This document shows, one piece after another, positions 16,924 through 27,301 of a DNA stretch of 37,788 bases (the first letter of the stretch is position 1; the number at the start of each line of letters is the position of its first letter). Source of the stretch: a virus (taxonomy: Duplodnaviria > Caudoviricetes); IMG/VR virus record IMGVR_UViG_3300020045_000475, positions 1-37,788 of that record; one strand, given 5' to 3'. Made by a program: the position numbers and the translations under genes. Under the pieces are notes generated by a model. The model made no database searches. It was not told the DNA's origin and saw nothing but the letters and a program-made list of their open reading frames with translations.

Positions 16924-18141
16924 ATGGCAATCGCAAAAGGAACTGCAAAAATCCTGTCGTTCAAAAAAGAGACAGCTTGGGGTGTTGCTGCATCCGGTAC
17001 TGGTGCTAAGCAGTTGCGCCGGGTTACTGCGGATTTTAACCTAGTAAAAGAAGCCTATAGCTCGAATGAGCTAAAAACTTCACGAATGCAGTCCGATCTA
17101 CGCCACGGAGTTCGCTCTGCTGCTGGTTCGTTGAATGGTGAACTAAGTCCTAATAGCTATTTTGAGTTCATGCAATCTCTGGTTGCACGAGATTTCGCAG
17201 TTATTGCACCTGTAGCTAGTTTAGCATTCGCTATTGCGGGACCTACCAATGGTTTGTATACGTTGACTCGCTCAACTGGTTCTTGGTTAGGAGCTGGTTT
17301 TCAAGTAGGTCAAGTTGTTCGTATTACTTCTGCCACTGGCGCAAATGCAGATTCACTAAATAAGAACTTACTTATTGCGGCAATGTCAGCTTTAGTGCTA
17401 ACAGTGTCTGTTGTAAATGGAACTGTACTAACTGCTGCACCAACCGTCACTGCTGCTACTGTTGCACCCGTAGGTAAATCAACATTCGTACCCCAAACTG
17501 GTCACTCTGACGATTCTTATACTGTTGAAGAGTACTACCAAGATATTGCACAATCCTCAGTTTACACTGGCGTAAAAGTCGGTTCAATGAATGTTGCTCT
17601 ACCTGCTACTGGTTTGACAACTGTTGACTTCTCATTCATGGGTAAGGATTTAGCTGTTAAAGGTACATCTCAGTACTTCACCTCTCCAACTGCTCAAGGT
17701 ACTAATGGCCTATTGGCTGCCGTATCTGGTGTGATGCTTGTAAATGGTGCTCCAGTAGCTCTCGTTACCTCCGCTGATTTCGCAGTTGAGCGTGCAATGG
17801 AAAATGCAACCGCTGTTGGTTCTAACAGTATTGCCGAAGTGTTCACTGGTCGTATCACTGCAACAGGTAGCCTATCAATCTACTTCCAAGATGCTGCCTT
17901 CCGCGATTACTTCGATAATGAAACACCAGTTTCTTTAGTAATGGTACTTTCCGCAGATAATACCGCGACTTCACAATTCTTGGGTTTCACACTACAGAAA
18001 ATTAAGTTATCGGACTTTAATTTAGCAGATGCCGAGCTCGGAATTATGGCTACTGCTAGCTTTACTGCACTAGAGAATGATATTACTACTGGTGGTCTAC
18101 TGAACACTGTTATCACTATTCAAGATAGTACTCTAGTTTAA
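16924..18141 (+). CDS. Major tail tube protein
   Basis: KKETAWG..LRRV, SYTVEEYYQDI..YTGVKV, ATGSLSIYFQD. Confidence 0.85.
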   Translation: MAIAKGTAKILSFKKETAWGVAASGTGAKQLRRVTADFNLVKEAYSSNELKTSRMQSDLRHGVRSAAGSLNGELSPNSYFEFMQSLVARDFAVIAPVASLAFAIAGPTNGLYTLTRSTGSWLGAGFQVGQVVRITSATGANADSLNKNLLIAAMSALVLTVSVVNGTVLTAAPTVTAATVAPVGKSTFVPQTGHSDDSYTVEEYYQDIAQSSVYTGVKVGSMNVALPATGLTTVDFSFMGKDLAVKGTSQYFTSPTAQGTNGLLAAVSGVMLVNGAPVALVTSADFAVERAMENATAVGSNSIAEVFTGRITATGSLSIYFQDAAFRDYFDNETPVSLVMVLSADNTATSQFLGFTLQKIKLSDFNLADAELGIMATASFTALENDITTGGLLNTVITIQDSTLV

Positions 18142-18158
18142 TAAACTAAATAAGAATT

Positions 18159-18196
18159 AACCCCTAGTTCCTTAAATGGTTCTAGGGGTTTTCTTC
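18159..18196. terminator. Bidirectional intrinsic terminator
   Basis: aacccctag...ctaggggtt-ttctt between convergent genes. Confidence 0.75.
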
Positions 18197-19451
18197 ATTG
18201 CGGCTTGAAAGACCAACCTCTATTACTACTTGTCTTACTCCTGAACATAACACCTGTGTCAATTCCAGTTAAGCGTTTAAACTCTGACCTTGTTGTAATC
18301 AAGATTTTATCGTCATCACTTGTAAATACGTACTTATTGTAATCTTTACCTCCGTTTCTTGGGCCAAGAACTTTTGCTATATTCTCAAACAGACACCAGT
18401 CCTTTATGTATAAAGCGTCCTTGTCGGTAAACAGCCAGCTTATCTTTGGAACTATCTTTGACATTTCAACCCTAGTACATTCTATAATTTCTTCGGTTAA
18501 AAGATTGTAGAATTTATAGATTGTCTTAATGTGGTTTGGATTGTTTGTACCAGAGGACTTGTCTACTTTCTTGGTCAGTTGATCATCTGTTAATCTAACT
18601 CTACCATTCAGTATAAATTTCAAATGTTCAGCATCGAATAATTCTAGGACTGTCCACCCATGAGTGGTCTTACTTTTAAATAACTTGTTTTCTCCAAAGA
18701 GGTGTTGAACATCTAGATTGTACTTATCCTTGAACTCAAATCTTGTTCCTTTGAATTCTTCTTTAGTCTTAACATGCACAAATGTGTAAGTGTTCTTGTC
18801 GCTGTTAGGATTATGCTTTCCTTTAAAGTTAGCAAGAATACCTGCAAGTTGATTCTCTGTCATTACATCCACAGCATACCAACCGCGTATTGTATTTACA
18901 CATCCTTTATTAAACAATGAAGCAGCGTTGATACTGTATTTATTTTCAAAATCGAACTTATTACTGAATTCTTCTTCATTTGTTTTATAGTTCTTGAAGT
19001 GGTAAATAGTTAAGTCAGCATTTCCATTCTTCAGTCCTGTATTAGCTTCACTTAATTTCTTACGGGTTTCCTCGCTCACAATTACACCTAACCCTCCATC
19101 ACCTCCATCAGTAAGGTTAGTTAAAGTTCCAAGCCCAAGGTCGCGCCTACCGTAGTAATTTACAAGTGTCTTTTCAAGAAGTTTAGCCTCGTGTGTTAGC
19201 AAACCTTGTGCAACTATCTCTACAACACATCCGTACTTCTTCGCTGTCTTATTCCAGAACTTATTTCTAGTGTCTGATCTGTACCTAGCTCCTTTACCAC
19301 GACCTACGTAGAATACCTCACCATCTGTCTCTTTCTTGTGAATATAGACGTACTCATCCCTTGGAACTGTATCAAAACAGCATGTGATCTTGATGCCGTT
19401 ATTCTCAATAACCCGCTTCCGTATAACTCTGTGATCAATCCTGCGCTTCAT
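18195..19451 (-). CDS. Antisense GIY-YIG homing endonuclease with NUMOD3 and four C-terminal repeats
   Basis: YVYIH..FYVGRGKGAR..E..LTNLTDGGDGG; SEETRKKLSEA; four G.xN..Y.F...TR.EF..LF...W repeats; ATG 19451 has SD aaggag. Confidence 0.85.
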   Translation of the reverse strand: MKRRIDHRVIRKRVIENNGIKITCCFDTVPRDEYVYIHKKETDGEVFYVGRGKGARYRSDTRNKFWNKTAKKYGCVVEIVAQGLLTHEAKLLEKTLVNYYGRRDLGLGTLTNLTDGGDGGLGVIVSEETRKKLSEANTGLKNGNADLTIYHFKNYKTNEEEFSNKFDFENKYSINAASLFNKGCVNTIRGWYAVDVMTENQLAGILANFKGKHNPNSDKNTYTFVHVKTKEEFKGTRFEFKDKYNLDVQHLFGENKLFKSKTTHGWTVLELFDAEHLKFILNGRVRLTDDQLTKKVDKSSGTNNPNHIKTIYKFYNLLTEEIIECTRVEMSKIVPKISWLFTDKDALYIKDWCLFENIAKVLGPRNGGKDYNKYVFTSDDDKILITTRSEFKRLTGIDTGVMFRSKTSSNRGWSFKPQ

Positions 19452-19500
19452 GTCTCTCCTTATTAGTTCATGGCTAATTCTACCACAGATCAACAGAACC

Positions 19501-19529
19501 TTGACAAAATAAACCCCCAATGGTAAACT
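19501..19529 (+). promoter_or_regulatory. Sigma70-type promoter for tail chaperones, back-to-back with an extended -10 (TGG TAGAAT) on the - strand
   Basis: TTGACA-17 nt-TAAACT; attcta-cca at ~19477-19485. Confidence 0.7.
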
Positions 19530-19585
19530 ACGTTTAACTACAGTCTAATCCCTGTAGTAACTTATTAATCTGAAAGGAAACAACA

Positions 19586-20014
19586 ATGGCTAAAACTACC
19601 CAAGGTCTATTTGACCTGTCTAAAAACGACGTATCTAAATCAGCAGAAGCTGGATATGAGTTCGAGCTAGTACTTCCCGGTTCTGGCGAAGCAACTGGTG
19701 CATTTATTACAGTACGTGGCGAACAATCACCCGTTGTCAAAACCTTCGCTAAGAAGAAGTACAACGAGTATCAAATGCAAGTACAAGCCGCTAAGCGTAA
19801 AGGTAAAGACTATGAACTCGATCTTGATACAGCAGAAGAACTCTCGGTAGAATCCGCAACTAACCGCGTGATCTCTTGGCGTGGTATTGCCAATGAAGGT
19901 GCTGAGGTTCCATTCACAAAAGAAGCCTGCGCTACTATCCTCAAAGATCATCCTTGGATTCGTGAACAAGTACTAGAGGAAAGCCAACAGGCTTATAACT
20001 TTCGACCCAAGTGA
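19586..20014 (+). CDS. Tail assembly chaperone (gpG-like)
   Basis: GYEFEL..P.SGE.TGAFITVRG..S, VISWRGI, HPWIREQV; between tube and tape measure. Confidence 0.85.
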   Translation: MAKTTQGLFDLSKNDVSKSAEAGYEFELVLPGSGEATGAFITVRGEQSPVVKTFAKKKYNEYQMQVQAAKRKGKDYELDLDTAEELSVESATNRVISWRGIANEGAEVPFTKEACATILKDHPWIREQVLEESQQAYNFRPK

Positions 20015-20393
20015 TATTGAAGAACTACTTTTATTCGCTAAACAAGAGTTCAAGCTCGGTTCTGGAAGTAGTAGCCTCCGTGCTCAACTGGAGAACGTGC
20101 AAAGGCAAACAGGCGTAGCACCTCCTGAGTTACTTGAGCTAAAAGAGCTACCTGAATCAATGCTGCAAATATGGAGTATCTTTATTGATCTTCATAATAC
20201 TAGAACAGCAGGTATGTCAGGTGCTAACCCAATAGCTTACTCAGAGATACTCGCCTATTACTCCTTGAATAAAGAAGAACCTGAAGTATGGGAAGTTAAA
20301 ACAATAAAAAGACTAGATACAGTTGTACTTCAGTACTACGCTGAGTTACAAGCCAAAGAGCAACAGAAGGCTCAAGCAAAGAATAAGAAGTAA
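20001..20393 (+). CDS. Tail assembly chaperone C-terminal extension (gpT-like), probably reached by +1 frameshift
   Basis: +1 frame open across gpG stop (FDPSDIEELLLFAKQEF..SLRAQLENVQRQTG); GTG 20097 has only 3-nt SD spacing. Confidence 0.7.
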   Translation, partial: FDPSDIEELLLFAKQEFKLGSGSSSLRAQLENVQRQTGVAPPELLELKELPESMLQIWSIFIDLHNTRTAGMSGANPIAYSEILAYYSLNKEEPEVWEVKTIKRLDTVVLQYYAELQAKEQQKAQAKNKK

Positions 20394-20409
20394 ATAATAA
20401 ATAACAGTT

Positions 20410-20484
20410 ACCCCTTAGTTGTATCCACGACTACAGGGGTTTTCTTTTGTTTGTATATACGCGATTGTGTACAAGCAAAAGAGA
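20410..20484 (+). terminator. Terminator-like hairpin with overlapping downstream long hairpin
   Basis: acccct-tagttg...cgacta-c-aggggt-tttctttt; then cttttgtttgtatata/tgtgtacaagcaaaag. Confidence 0.6.
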
Positions 20485-20523
20485 TAATACAGGCACTCGC
20501 CTTTAATCCAACAGGAGAAACCA

Positions 20524-23500
20524 ATGGATTTAGCTGAACTAAAGTTCAAAGTAAATACTGACGAATTAGCCCTAGCTGCTAAGAAGATTGAAGCATTGGG
20601 TACAGCCGTATCTGATCTTAATGCTATCCAAAAGCAAAGCGCAACTATCAACCGTGAAGAAGCAAAAGCATCAAAGGATAAAGTACAGTCTGATACTGCA
20701 CAAGTACAAGCCAAAAATAAGCTCACAGAAGCAACTGAGAATAGCACCAAGGCATCTAAAGCTGCAGTAAGTGAAACTGATCGCCTTAATAAACTAACGA
20801 CTAACCTAGAGAATACCTTTAAGGATTTATCTAAAGGATTTACTCGTGGGGAGTCCTCAGTGCTGAACCTAGCTCGTAGCTTTGGTGCAAGTGCTGAGGG
20901 TATTGAGCGCGTAAAAGCCGAGCTAGCTAAAATTGGTACTTTGATTAAAGACCCATTTGATGCTGCTATTGGATCAGTGCGTTCAATTAATCAAGAGTTT
21001 GATAAAGTAACTAACCGCACGAACTTAGCGGCTCAAGGTATTGTACTTACTACTAAACAACTCAGTGAATACAGCCGTGTAGCTACTGAGATTAGTGCTA
21101 AGATTCTCTCTGCTGGTCTTGATCCAACTTCAGGTAAAGGATTAGCTGATTTCACAAAAGGACTAGAGCGAGTACAGCAGAAGTACTTAGGTATTGCAGA
21201 GAGTGTGAACATAGCTAATAATGCAGAGAAGGAGCGCCAGCGTATTGCTAAAGAAGCGCAAGGCCCGACCTCTGGTTCTATGGATCAAGCTGTTGGTCTA
21301 TATTACAAAGAACAAGCACGTGCTATGCGTGAATCAAGTAGTGCTGCAGCTTACCTAGAGAAAGAGATGAAGCGTGTGGACTTTGTTCTGAATGAGGTCA
21401 ACGCTGAGCTACAACTAAGCACAAGTAATCGTCTATTGAAATTTGAGGAATCTCTAAAGCGTACTGGTGTTACTGGAACACAAGCTGCTTCTCAGATTGA
21501 AAGCTACCGTAAAAGCCTACAGAAGATCGACGAAACTCGTGCATTTAAACGTCAGACTGATGACCTCAAGGTCTACCAAGATAAAGTAAACTATGTTACA
21601 CGCGCAGTAGGTCCACAGTTAACGGACATTTTCTCTGGTCTATTGACTGGTCAACAATCACTGTACACAATCGCTGTACAACAAGGTGGTCAATTAGCGG
21701 ATCAATTCTCGTTGGCTGGTATTGAAGCTGATAAGATGGGTGGTATTCTTGCAAGTGCATTGCCGAATATGTACACGAATATTGCTAATATTGGTAAAGC
21801 CTTTGGTCAAATGGCTGTTGGTGGTTTTCTCCAGTTAGGAGATACGCTTGCTGATGTATCCATGAAGATTATTCCTTTTGGTAAAAATATCTCTGAAGCT
21901 GCTGTAAAAATGCAAATGATGGGTGAAACCGGAAGTGTAGCTAACAAGATGTTGGCTAATGGGTTTATGATTATGGCCGATACAGCAAGAATTGCATCTG
22001 CTATCTTGGCTACTACTCTGATTGGTTCAATTATTGCTCTTGGTGTAGCAGCATATCAAGTAATGAAAGAGCAGAATGAATTATCTAAGGCACTTACATT
22101 AACTGGCGTATCTCTCGGTATGTCCCGAGATGCTGCTGTACAATACGCGGAGTCATTGAAGAGTATTTCAGGTACTAAAGCTATTGGCGTGTTGACTGAG
22201 TTCGCTAAAGCTGGTGTTAATTCTTCTGAATCACTTGAGATGATGATACAAGCGGCTGTTGATCTAGAGAAATACGGTGGTGTTGCTATTGCTGATACTG
22301 CTAAAGAGATTAAAAAGCTCCAAGACGAGCCACTGAAAGCATTAGTTGATCTAGCAATTGCAACAGGTAAAGTAACTACCGAAACTCTAGAGAAAGCCAA
22401 GGCTTACGCTAAAGCTGGTGATGCTGTTGGATTACTTAAACTAGCTGAGGAAGAGCAAGCCCGAGTAGCTATTGAGAACTCAGGTATCATGCGTGATAAC
22501 CTGACTAGCCTAGAACGTGGTGTAAACAACGTAACAAGTGCTATGAAGTACTTATGGGAAGAATTCAAGTCCTTAGCGCGTGGTGGACCTATTGTAGATG
22601 CAATCGCATCTGCATTAAAGCTAGTTGCTAAAGTTGCAGTTGAAGTATTTTTCTATGTCAAGAGTATCGCTCTGCAAATGAACGGCTTATCTTTGTTGGC
22701 TATTTCAGCTATTCAAGATATTGGAAGTGCTAATTTCGACTTCAGTGCAACCAAGAAAGCAATGTCCGAAATTAAGACTGCGAGTGCAACTATCGTATCT
22801 GAACGTGCTGCAGCAATGGCACAACTAGAAGGTACAACTAAATCCGTTGTTAGTGTAACAGCAGAAGTAGCTAAAGCGCAGTCTGAGGCAGCAAAGTCCG
22901 TCAAAGCTAATCTAGATATTAGTCAAGAGTTAGATAATAAGATTCTACAAAGTAGCAAAAAGAAATTAACCCAAATTGAATTCGAGAATCAAGCCGTAGA
23001 GAAGTACAGAAAGTCCCTCAAAGGTTTAGCGTCTGATGAGTCTGTAGTAGCAAAAGTACGTCAAGTAGCTGCTCAAGAGTGGAAAGATGCACAGACTAAA
23101 CCCAAGGCTAATCCTGCAGTTAAACTATTAAATCAAGACTTAGAAAAGCTAACTGATATTAAAAATAAAGCCCTTGGATTGAACAAAGATTACAACAACT
23201 CAGAAGCAACTTTAGTTCGTCTGCTGAACCAAGGACATATCAACTTAGTTGAATATACGTTAGCAATGTCGGACTTGAATGCTCAACAACCTAGAGCTAT
23301 TAAGTTAGTTCAAGAGCAGGAAAAAGCACAACGTGAGTTAAACAAAGCGTGGGAAGATACTGTAAAATCTCAAGCTAAGAATGATGATGAGTATTTCAAA
23401 CAATTCGATGAACTCAATAAATCAAAGGTTGAACTACAGAATCAAAATGCAGAGATTGACCAGCAGTATTCTCTCCTTGGTAAAACTGAAGAACAACAGA

Positions 23501-26304
23501 AGTTAATCACCCGTGAGTACGTTAAGCAAAATAAGCTAAAAGCAGCGCAAGCTGAACTAGATGCTGACCTTCGTAAAATAACTGAAAGCAATGCTAGTAA
23601 TCCTGAAAGTCTCCAGCTTGAAGTCTATGCTAAAAACGCAGATAAAATCAAAGCAATCAACGCTGGTGTAGCCCTTGAGTTCGCTCAGGATATACAACGC
23701 GAGTTCGACTCAATTAAAGCCACGGTTACAGACGCTGTAGTTACTGCTCTTTTTGATGGTGGTAAAGCCGGTAGTAAAAAGCTCAGAGATGCTATTGTTG
23801 CTCAGTTCAGGAACAAGATTACTGTTGTTGTTGATGCTGTGGTTAATACTGCACTGAACTCAGGATTAAGTGCTCTTGGACTGGGTGGTTCCTCTGGAAG
23901 TGGTAGTAGCTTGCTTGGTACAGCTTCCGATCTAAGCAGCATTGGTACAATGGGTTCTACATTGGCTACAGGTTTTGGTAAGATCGCCGCTTCGTCCTTT
24001 GGTCAGTCACTTGGTTTAAGTACAACTGCGGGGGTCGTAGGACCAGCTACAGCAGGTGGTGTTGCACCAACAATGCTTACAGGTACTGGTAGTAGCATCA
24101 GTGCTGGATTGAGTGCTGCTGGTCCGTATATCGCTGCTGCAATGGCTATTTACTCCATCGCTAAATCCTTGGATGATTCCGGCACATATCACACGGGTGC
24201 TTTGTCACAGTACAGCGCAACAGGTGGTGCAGCTACATCCCAGACTCACGGTGCATTCGGCATGGGTTTTGGTGGTGTTGATTACAGCGAAGGTACTCAG
24301 AAGTTAACTGGTGAAATCAGCAAAAGTATCGTTACTATGCTGGATGCTACCGCTGTTACTTTTGGTAAAGAAGCTGGATATAAAGCTGCTACTGCATTTG
24401 CTGACGATTCAAGCGGCGATGGTGCATGGGGTGGTTTACTGATCCAGAAGCTAGATGAGACTATCATTAATTGGGATACTACTCGCTCAAGCAAGTGGGC
24501 ACCTAGAGAGTTCTCAAATGCTGAAGCTGGACAGAAAGAGTACCTGAATGCAATTGCTGCAGATACGCGCAACGCGCTAGAGAGTATCGGTCTACCGACG
24601 TGGGCTACTAAGATGCTCGATGCCGTTGGTAACGCGCCTACTCTAGAATCTATTGCTGCCGTAGTTGACCAGATCAATGCTACTAAGGTTGCTCTAAAGT
24701 CCCTTGGTGAAGTGTTCCCTGAGTTGATTAATATCAGTGATACTGCGATTGATAACTTAATAACAGTGTTCGGTGGCTTAGGTAACTTCGCTGCTTCTTT
24801 GCAGTCTTACTATAGTAATTTCTACACTGAGAGTGAACAGATTGAACGTGCAACTGCCAACACATCAAAAGCATTCGCTGAATTAGGAATCACCATGCCA
24901 AAGGTAGACGAGAGTCTACGCACATGGTACAGAGGCATCGTGGATTCTGCACTTGCACTTGACCAAGGGGATATTGCGAATGCTAAAGCTACTGCTTCAG
25001 TACTTGCGCTACAAGGTGCGGTGAACGAGCTAGCACCAGCATTCGATGAAGCAGTTACCGATATTGCGAATATTCTAGAGGCTCTATCTACAGCGTCTAA
25101 TGCTGCGTATGATCAGCTAGAGCGTTCTGTCAATGCAGAGAAACGTACACTTCAGTTCCAATTGGATATTGCAAGTACTCGTGAATCCATAGCACAGACT
25201 ACTGTTGATTCTCTGAAGTCAATCTTTGATACTCTAAAGCAATCAGTAAAAGAACTCTACCAAGAAGTTGATAGTACTTCAGCAATGCAAGTACAACAGG
25301 CTAAAGGTATCATCGGTTCAGCAGTTGCTTCAGGTTCAGTTAATAACATTGATGACTTGAAAGAGGCCATTGATACTGTTCGTAGCTCGTTAGATACTAC
25401 TAGCTATAAAACAAAAGCGGATCAAGACAGAGCTAGACTATTACTCGCTAATGACTTGGCTAAACTACAGGCTAGTACTGAAGTTCAATTGACGAATGAA
25501 GAGAAGATTCTAGCTGAAGCTAAATCCCAAGTTAAGATGCTTCAAGAGCAACTAGATACTCTTGATGATATTCTGAGTACTGCGAAGGAACAAGTGGATG
25601 AAGCGCGCAATATTACTGGTGCTGTATTGTCAGTCAAAGATGCAATTGATGCTTTGGCTGCTGCTCTGTTGGCTGAACGCGCAGCAATCGCAAGTAATGC
25701 TGCTGCTCCATTAGCTGCTCAACAAGTCAGTGATGTCAAGGCTGCAATCGCTGGTGGTACTGTGTACAACGCAAGTGCTACTTCAGGAATAACTACTCGC
25801 GAACAAGAGATCGCTAAACTATACACTACTGTTCTAGGACGGTCTGCTGATGTTGGTGGTCTACAGTCATGGGCTGGCTCTTCACTGTCGGTCGCTGAGA
25901 TTGGTGCAAGCATTGCTAATTCACTAGAAGCACAAGCTAGAGCAATCGGTGTTGATGTACAGAACTCAATGATTGAACAAGTCAATAAGAGCCTAGGATT
26001 AACTACTGATATTAAAGCCTACGCTAACGGTGGTAGTTACAAAGGTGGTATGGCTCTTGTTGGTGAGCGTGGACCTGAGTTGATTAACTTCAGTCAACCC
26101 GGACAAGTCTACACAGCATCTCAGACTAGCTCAATGATGAACGGTGGTTCTAGCCTAGAAGAACTCGTGATTAAACTAAATGAGAATATCGAAGGTCTGC
26201 GCTTTGAGGTCAGAGCCGATGTATCTCACAACAGTAAAATCGCCAAGATTCTAGATCGTGTATCACCAGATGGTCAATCATTGTCCGTGACTGTGTTGGC
26301 TTAA
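20524..26304 (+). CDS. Tail tape measure protein
   Basis: 1926 aa Ala-rich helical; lambda-type QLTDIFSGL..IAVQQGGQL; C-terminal YANGG..ALVGERGPELI. Confidence 0.95.
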   Translation: MDLAELKFKVNTDELALAAKKIEALGTAVSDLNAIQKQSATINREEAKASKDKVQSDTAQVQAKNKLTEATENSTKASKAAVSETDRLNKLTTNLENTFKDLSKGFTRGESSVLNLARSFGASAEGIERVKAELAKIGTLIKDPFDAAIGSVRSINQEFDKVTNRTNLAAQGIVLTTKQLSEYSRVATEISAKILSAGLDPTSGKGLADFTKGLERVQQKYLGIAESVNIANNAEKERQRIAKEAQGPTSGSMDQAVGLYYKEQARAMRESSSAAAYLEKEMKRVDFVLNEVNAELQLSTSNRLLKFEESLKRTGVTGTQAASQIESYRKSLQKIDETRAFKRQTDDLKVYQDKVNYVTRAVGPQLTDIFSGLLTGQQSLYTIAVQQGGQLADQFSLAGIEADKMGGILASALPNMYTNIANIGKAFGQMAVGGFLQLGDTLADVSMKIIPFGKNISEAAVKMQMMGETGSVANKMLANGFMIMADTARIASAILATTLIGSIIALGVAAYQVMKEQNELSKALTLTGVSLGMSRDAAVQYAESLKSISGTKAIGVLTEFAKAGVNSSESLEMMIQAAVDLEKYGGVAIADTAKEIKKLQDEPLKALVDLAIATGKVTTETLEKAKAYAKAGDAVGLLKLAEEEQARVAIENSGIMRDNLTSLERGVNNVTSAMKYLWEEFKSLARGGPIVDAIASALKLVAKVAVEVFFYVKSIALQMNGLSLLAISAIQDIGSANFDFSATKKAMSEIKTASATIVSERAAAMAQLEGTTKSVVSVTAEVAKAQSEAAKSVKANLDISQELDNKILQSSKKKLTQIEFENQAVEKYRKSLKGLASDESVVAKVRQVAAQEWKDAQTKPKANPAVKLLNQDLEKLTDIKNKALGLNKDYNNSEATLVRLLNQGHINLVEYTLAMSDLNAQQPRAIKLVQEQEKAQRELNKAWEDTVKSQAKNDDEYFKQFDELNKSKVELQNQNAEIDQQYSLLGKTEEQQKLITREYVKQNKLKAAQAELDADLRKITESNASNPESLQLEVYAKNADKIKAINAGVALEFAQDIQREFDSIKATVTDAVVTALFDGGKAGSKKLRDAIVAQFRNKITVVVDAVVNTALNSGLSALGLGGSSGSGSSLLGTASDLSSIGTMGSTLATGFGKIAASSFGQSLGLSTTAGVVGPATAGGVAPTMLTGTGSSISAGLSAAGPYIAAAMAIYSIAKSLDDSGTYHTGALSQYSATGGAATSQTHGAFGMGFGGVDYSEGTQKLTGEISKSIVTMLDATAVTFGKEAGYKAATAFADDSSGDGAWGGLLIQKLDETIINWDTTRSSKWAPREFSNAEAGQKEYLNAIAADTRNALESIGLPTWATKMLDAVGNAPTLESIAAVVDQINATKVALKSLGEVFPELINISDTAIDNLITVFGGLGNFAASLQSYYSNFYTESEQIERATANTSKAFAELGITMPKVDESLRTWYRGIVDSALALDQGDIANAKATASVLALQGAVNELAPAFDEAVTDIANILEALSTASNAAYDQLERSVNAEKRTLQFQLDIASTRESIAQTTVDSLKSIFDTLKQSVKELYQEVDSTSAMQVQQAKGIIGSAVASGSVNNIDDLKEAIDTVRSSLDTTSYKTKADQDRARLLLANDLAKLQASTEVQLTNEEKILAEAKSQVKMLQEQLDTLDDILSTAKEQVDEARNITGAVLSVKDAIDALAAALLAERAAIASNAAAPLAAQQVSDVKAAIAGGTVYNASATSGITTREQEIAKLYTTVLGRSADVGGLQSWAGSSLSVAEIGASIANSLEAQARAIGVDVQNSMIEQVNKSLGLTTDIKAYANGGSYKGGMALVGERGPELINFSQPGQVYTASQTSSMMNGGSSLEELVIKLNENIEGLRFEVRADVSHNSKIAKILDRVSPDGQSLSVTVLA

Positions 26305-26385
26305 TTGCTCAATAATGCAATTGATCCTGAGAGGTACTTCTGTATCTCTTGGGTTCAAATAATAAGAAAGATAATAGGTTAATAC

Positions 26386-27276
26386 ATGCTCGTAATTAAA
26401 CCCACGGTTTACCAAGAATCAATGCTGATAAGTACAACCGCAACTGAAATATACGCTGTGTATTCCGCAGCTACAACTTATGCTCTAGCTGCTAGAGTTA
26501 CGTACTTAGGTAATATCTACGAAAGTCTACAAGGTACTAACCTAAACCACACCCCAAATACATCACCTACGTGGTGGTTGCTGATTGGGCCTGACAATAG
26601 ACACGCTATGTTTGACCAACAGACAAGCACAGCTACTACAGCAGGTACTAACTTGACTGTAGTTATCGCCACGGGTACAATAGATTCCTTTGCTGTGATT
26701 AACGCAAATACAGATACAGTTAAACTAACAGTACGAGATGGGATAGCTGGTCCGATTATCTATGAGAATACTATAGGATTATCTGGAGCTATCATTACTT
26801 CATGGGATGATTACTTCTTTATTAACCCTTTACTGAAAAGAACCCAGATTGTATTCCGTGATATTCCTCCTTATTTGAACTCACATTGTACTCTTGAGTT
26901 CGTCAGTGGTACGTCAATTTCAGTTGGTGCTGCTGTGTGGGGAATGATAACAGAAATCGGAAAGACACAGTATGGTGCAAGCGCAGGTATCGTGGATTAC
27001 TCCGTAAAAGAAACTGATGAATTTGGTACGACTAAGTTCGTTGTGCGTTCGTTCAGTAAACGACTAAATGCTAATGTAACTGTAGAGAATGCTGATCTTA
27101 ATAAAGTACAGCAGTTACTCTATGCTTTACGTGCTGTGCCTTGTGTGTGGATTGCTTCAGATAATCCTCTGTACGAAGAAGCCCTAGTTGTCTATGGTTT
27201 CTACAAGGATTTTGGAATGGACATTGCATACCCTTCGTACTGCTTATGCAGCCTAGAGATAGAGAGCTTGAGTTAA
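26386..27276 (+). CDS. Distal tail/tail tip protein with carbohydrate-binding-like insert
   Basis: Follows TMP; YSAATTYA..VTY.GNIYESL..P..SPTWW; DYSVKETDEFG. Confidence 0.65.
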   Translation: MLVIKPTVYQESMLISTTATEIYAVYSAATTYALAARVTYLGNIYESLQGTNLNHTPNTSPTWWLLIGPDNRHAMFDQQTSTATTAGTNLTVVIATGTIDSFAVINANTDTVKLTVRDGIAGPIIYENTIGLSGAIITSWDDYFFINPLLKRTQIVFRDIPPYLNSHCTLEFVSGTSISVGAAVWGMITEIGKTQYGASAGIVDYSVKETDEFGTTKFVVRSFSKRLNANVTVENADLNKVQQLLYALRAVPCVWIASDNPLYEEALVVYGFYKDFGMDIAYPSYCLCSLEIESLS

Positions 27277-27301
27277 TTCAAAGCTATAAAAGAAAGAAAT
27301 A

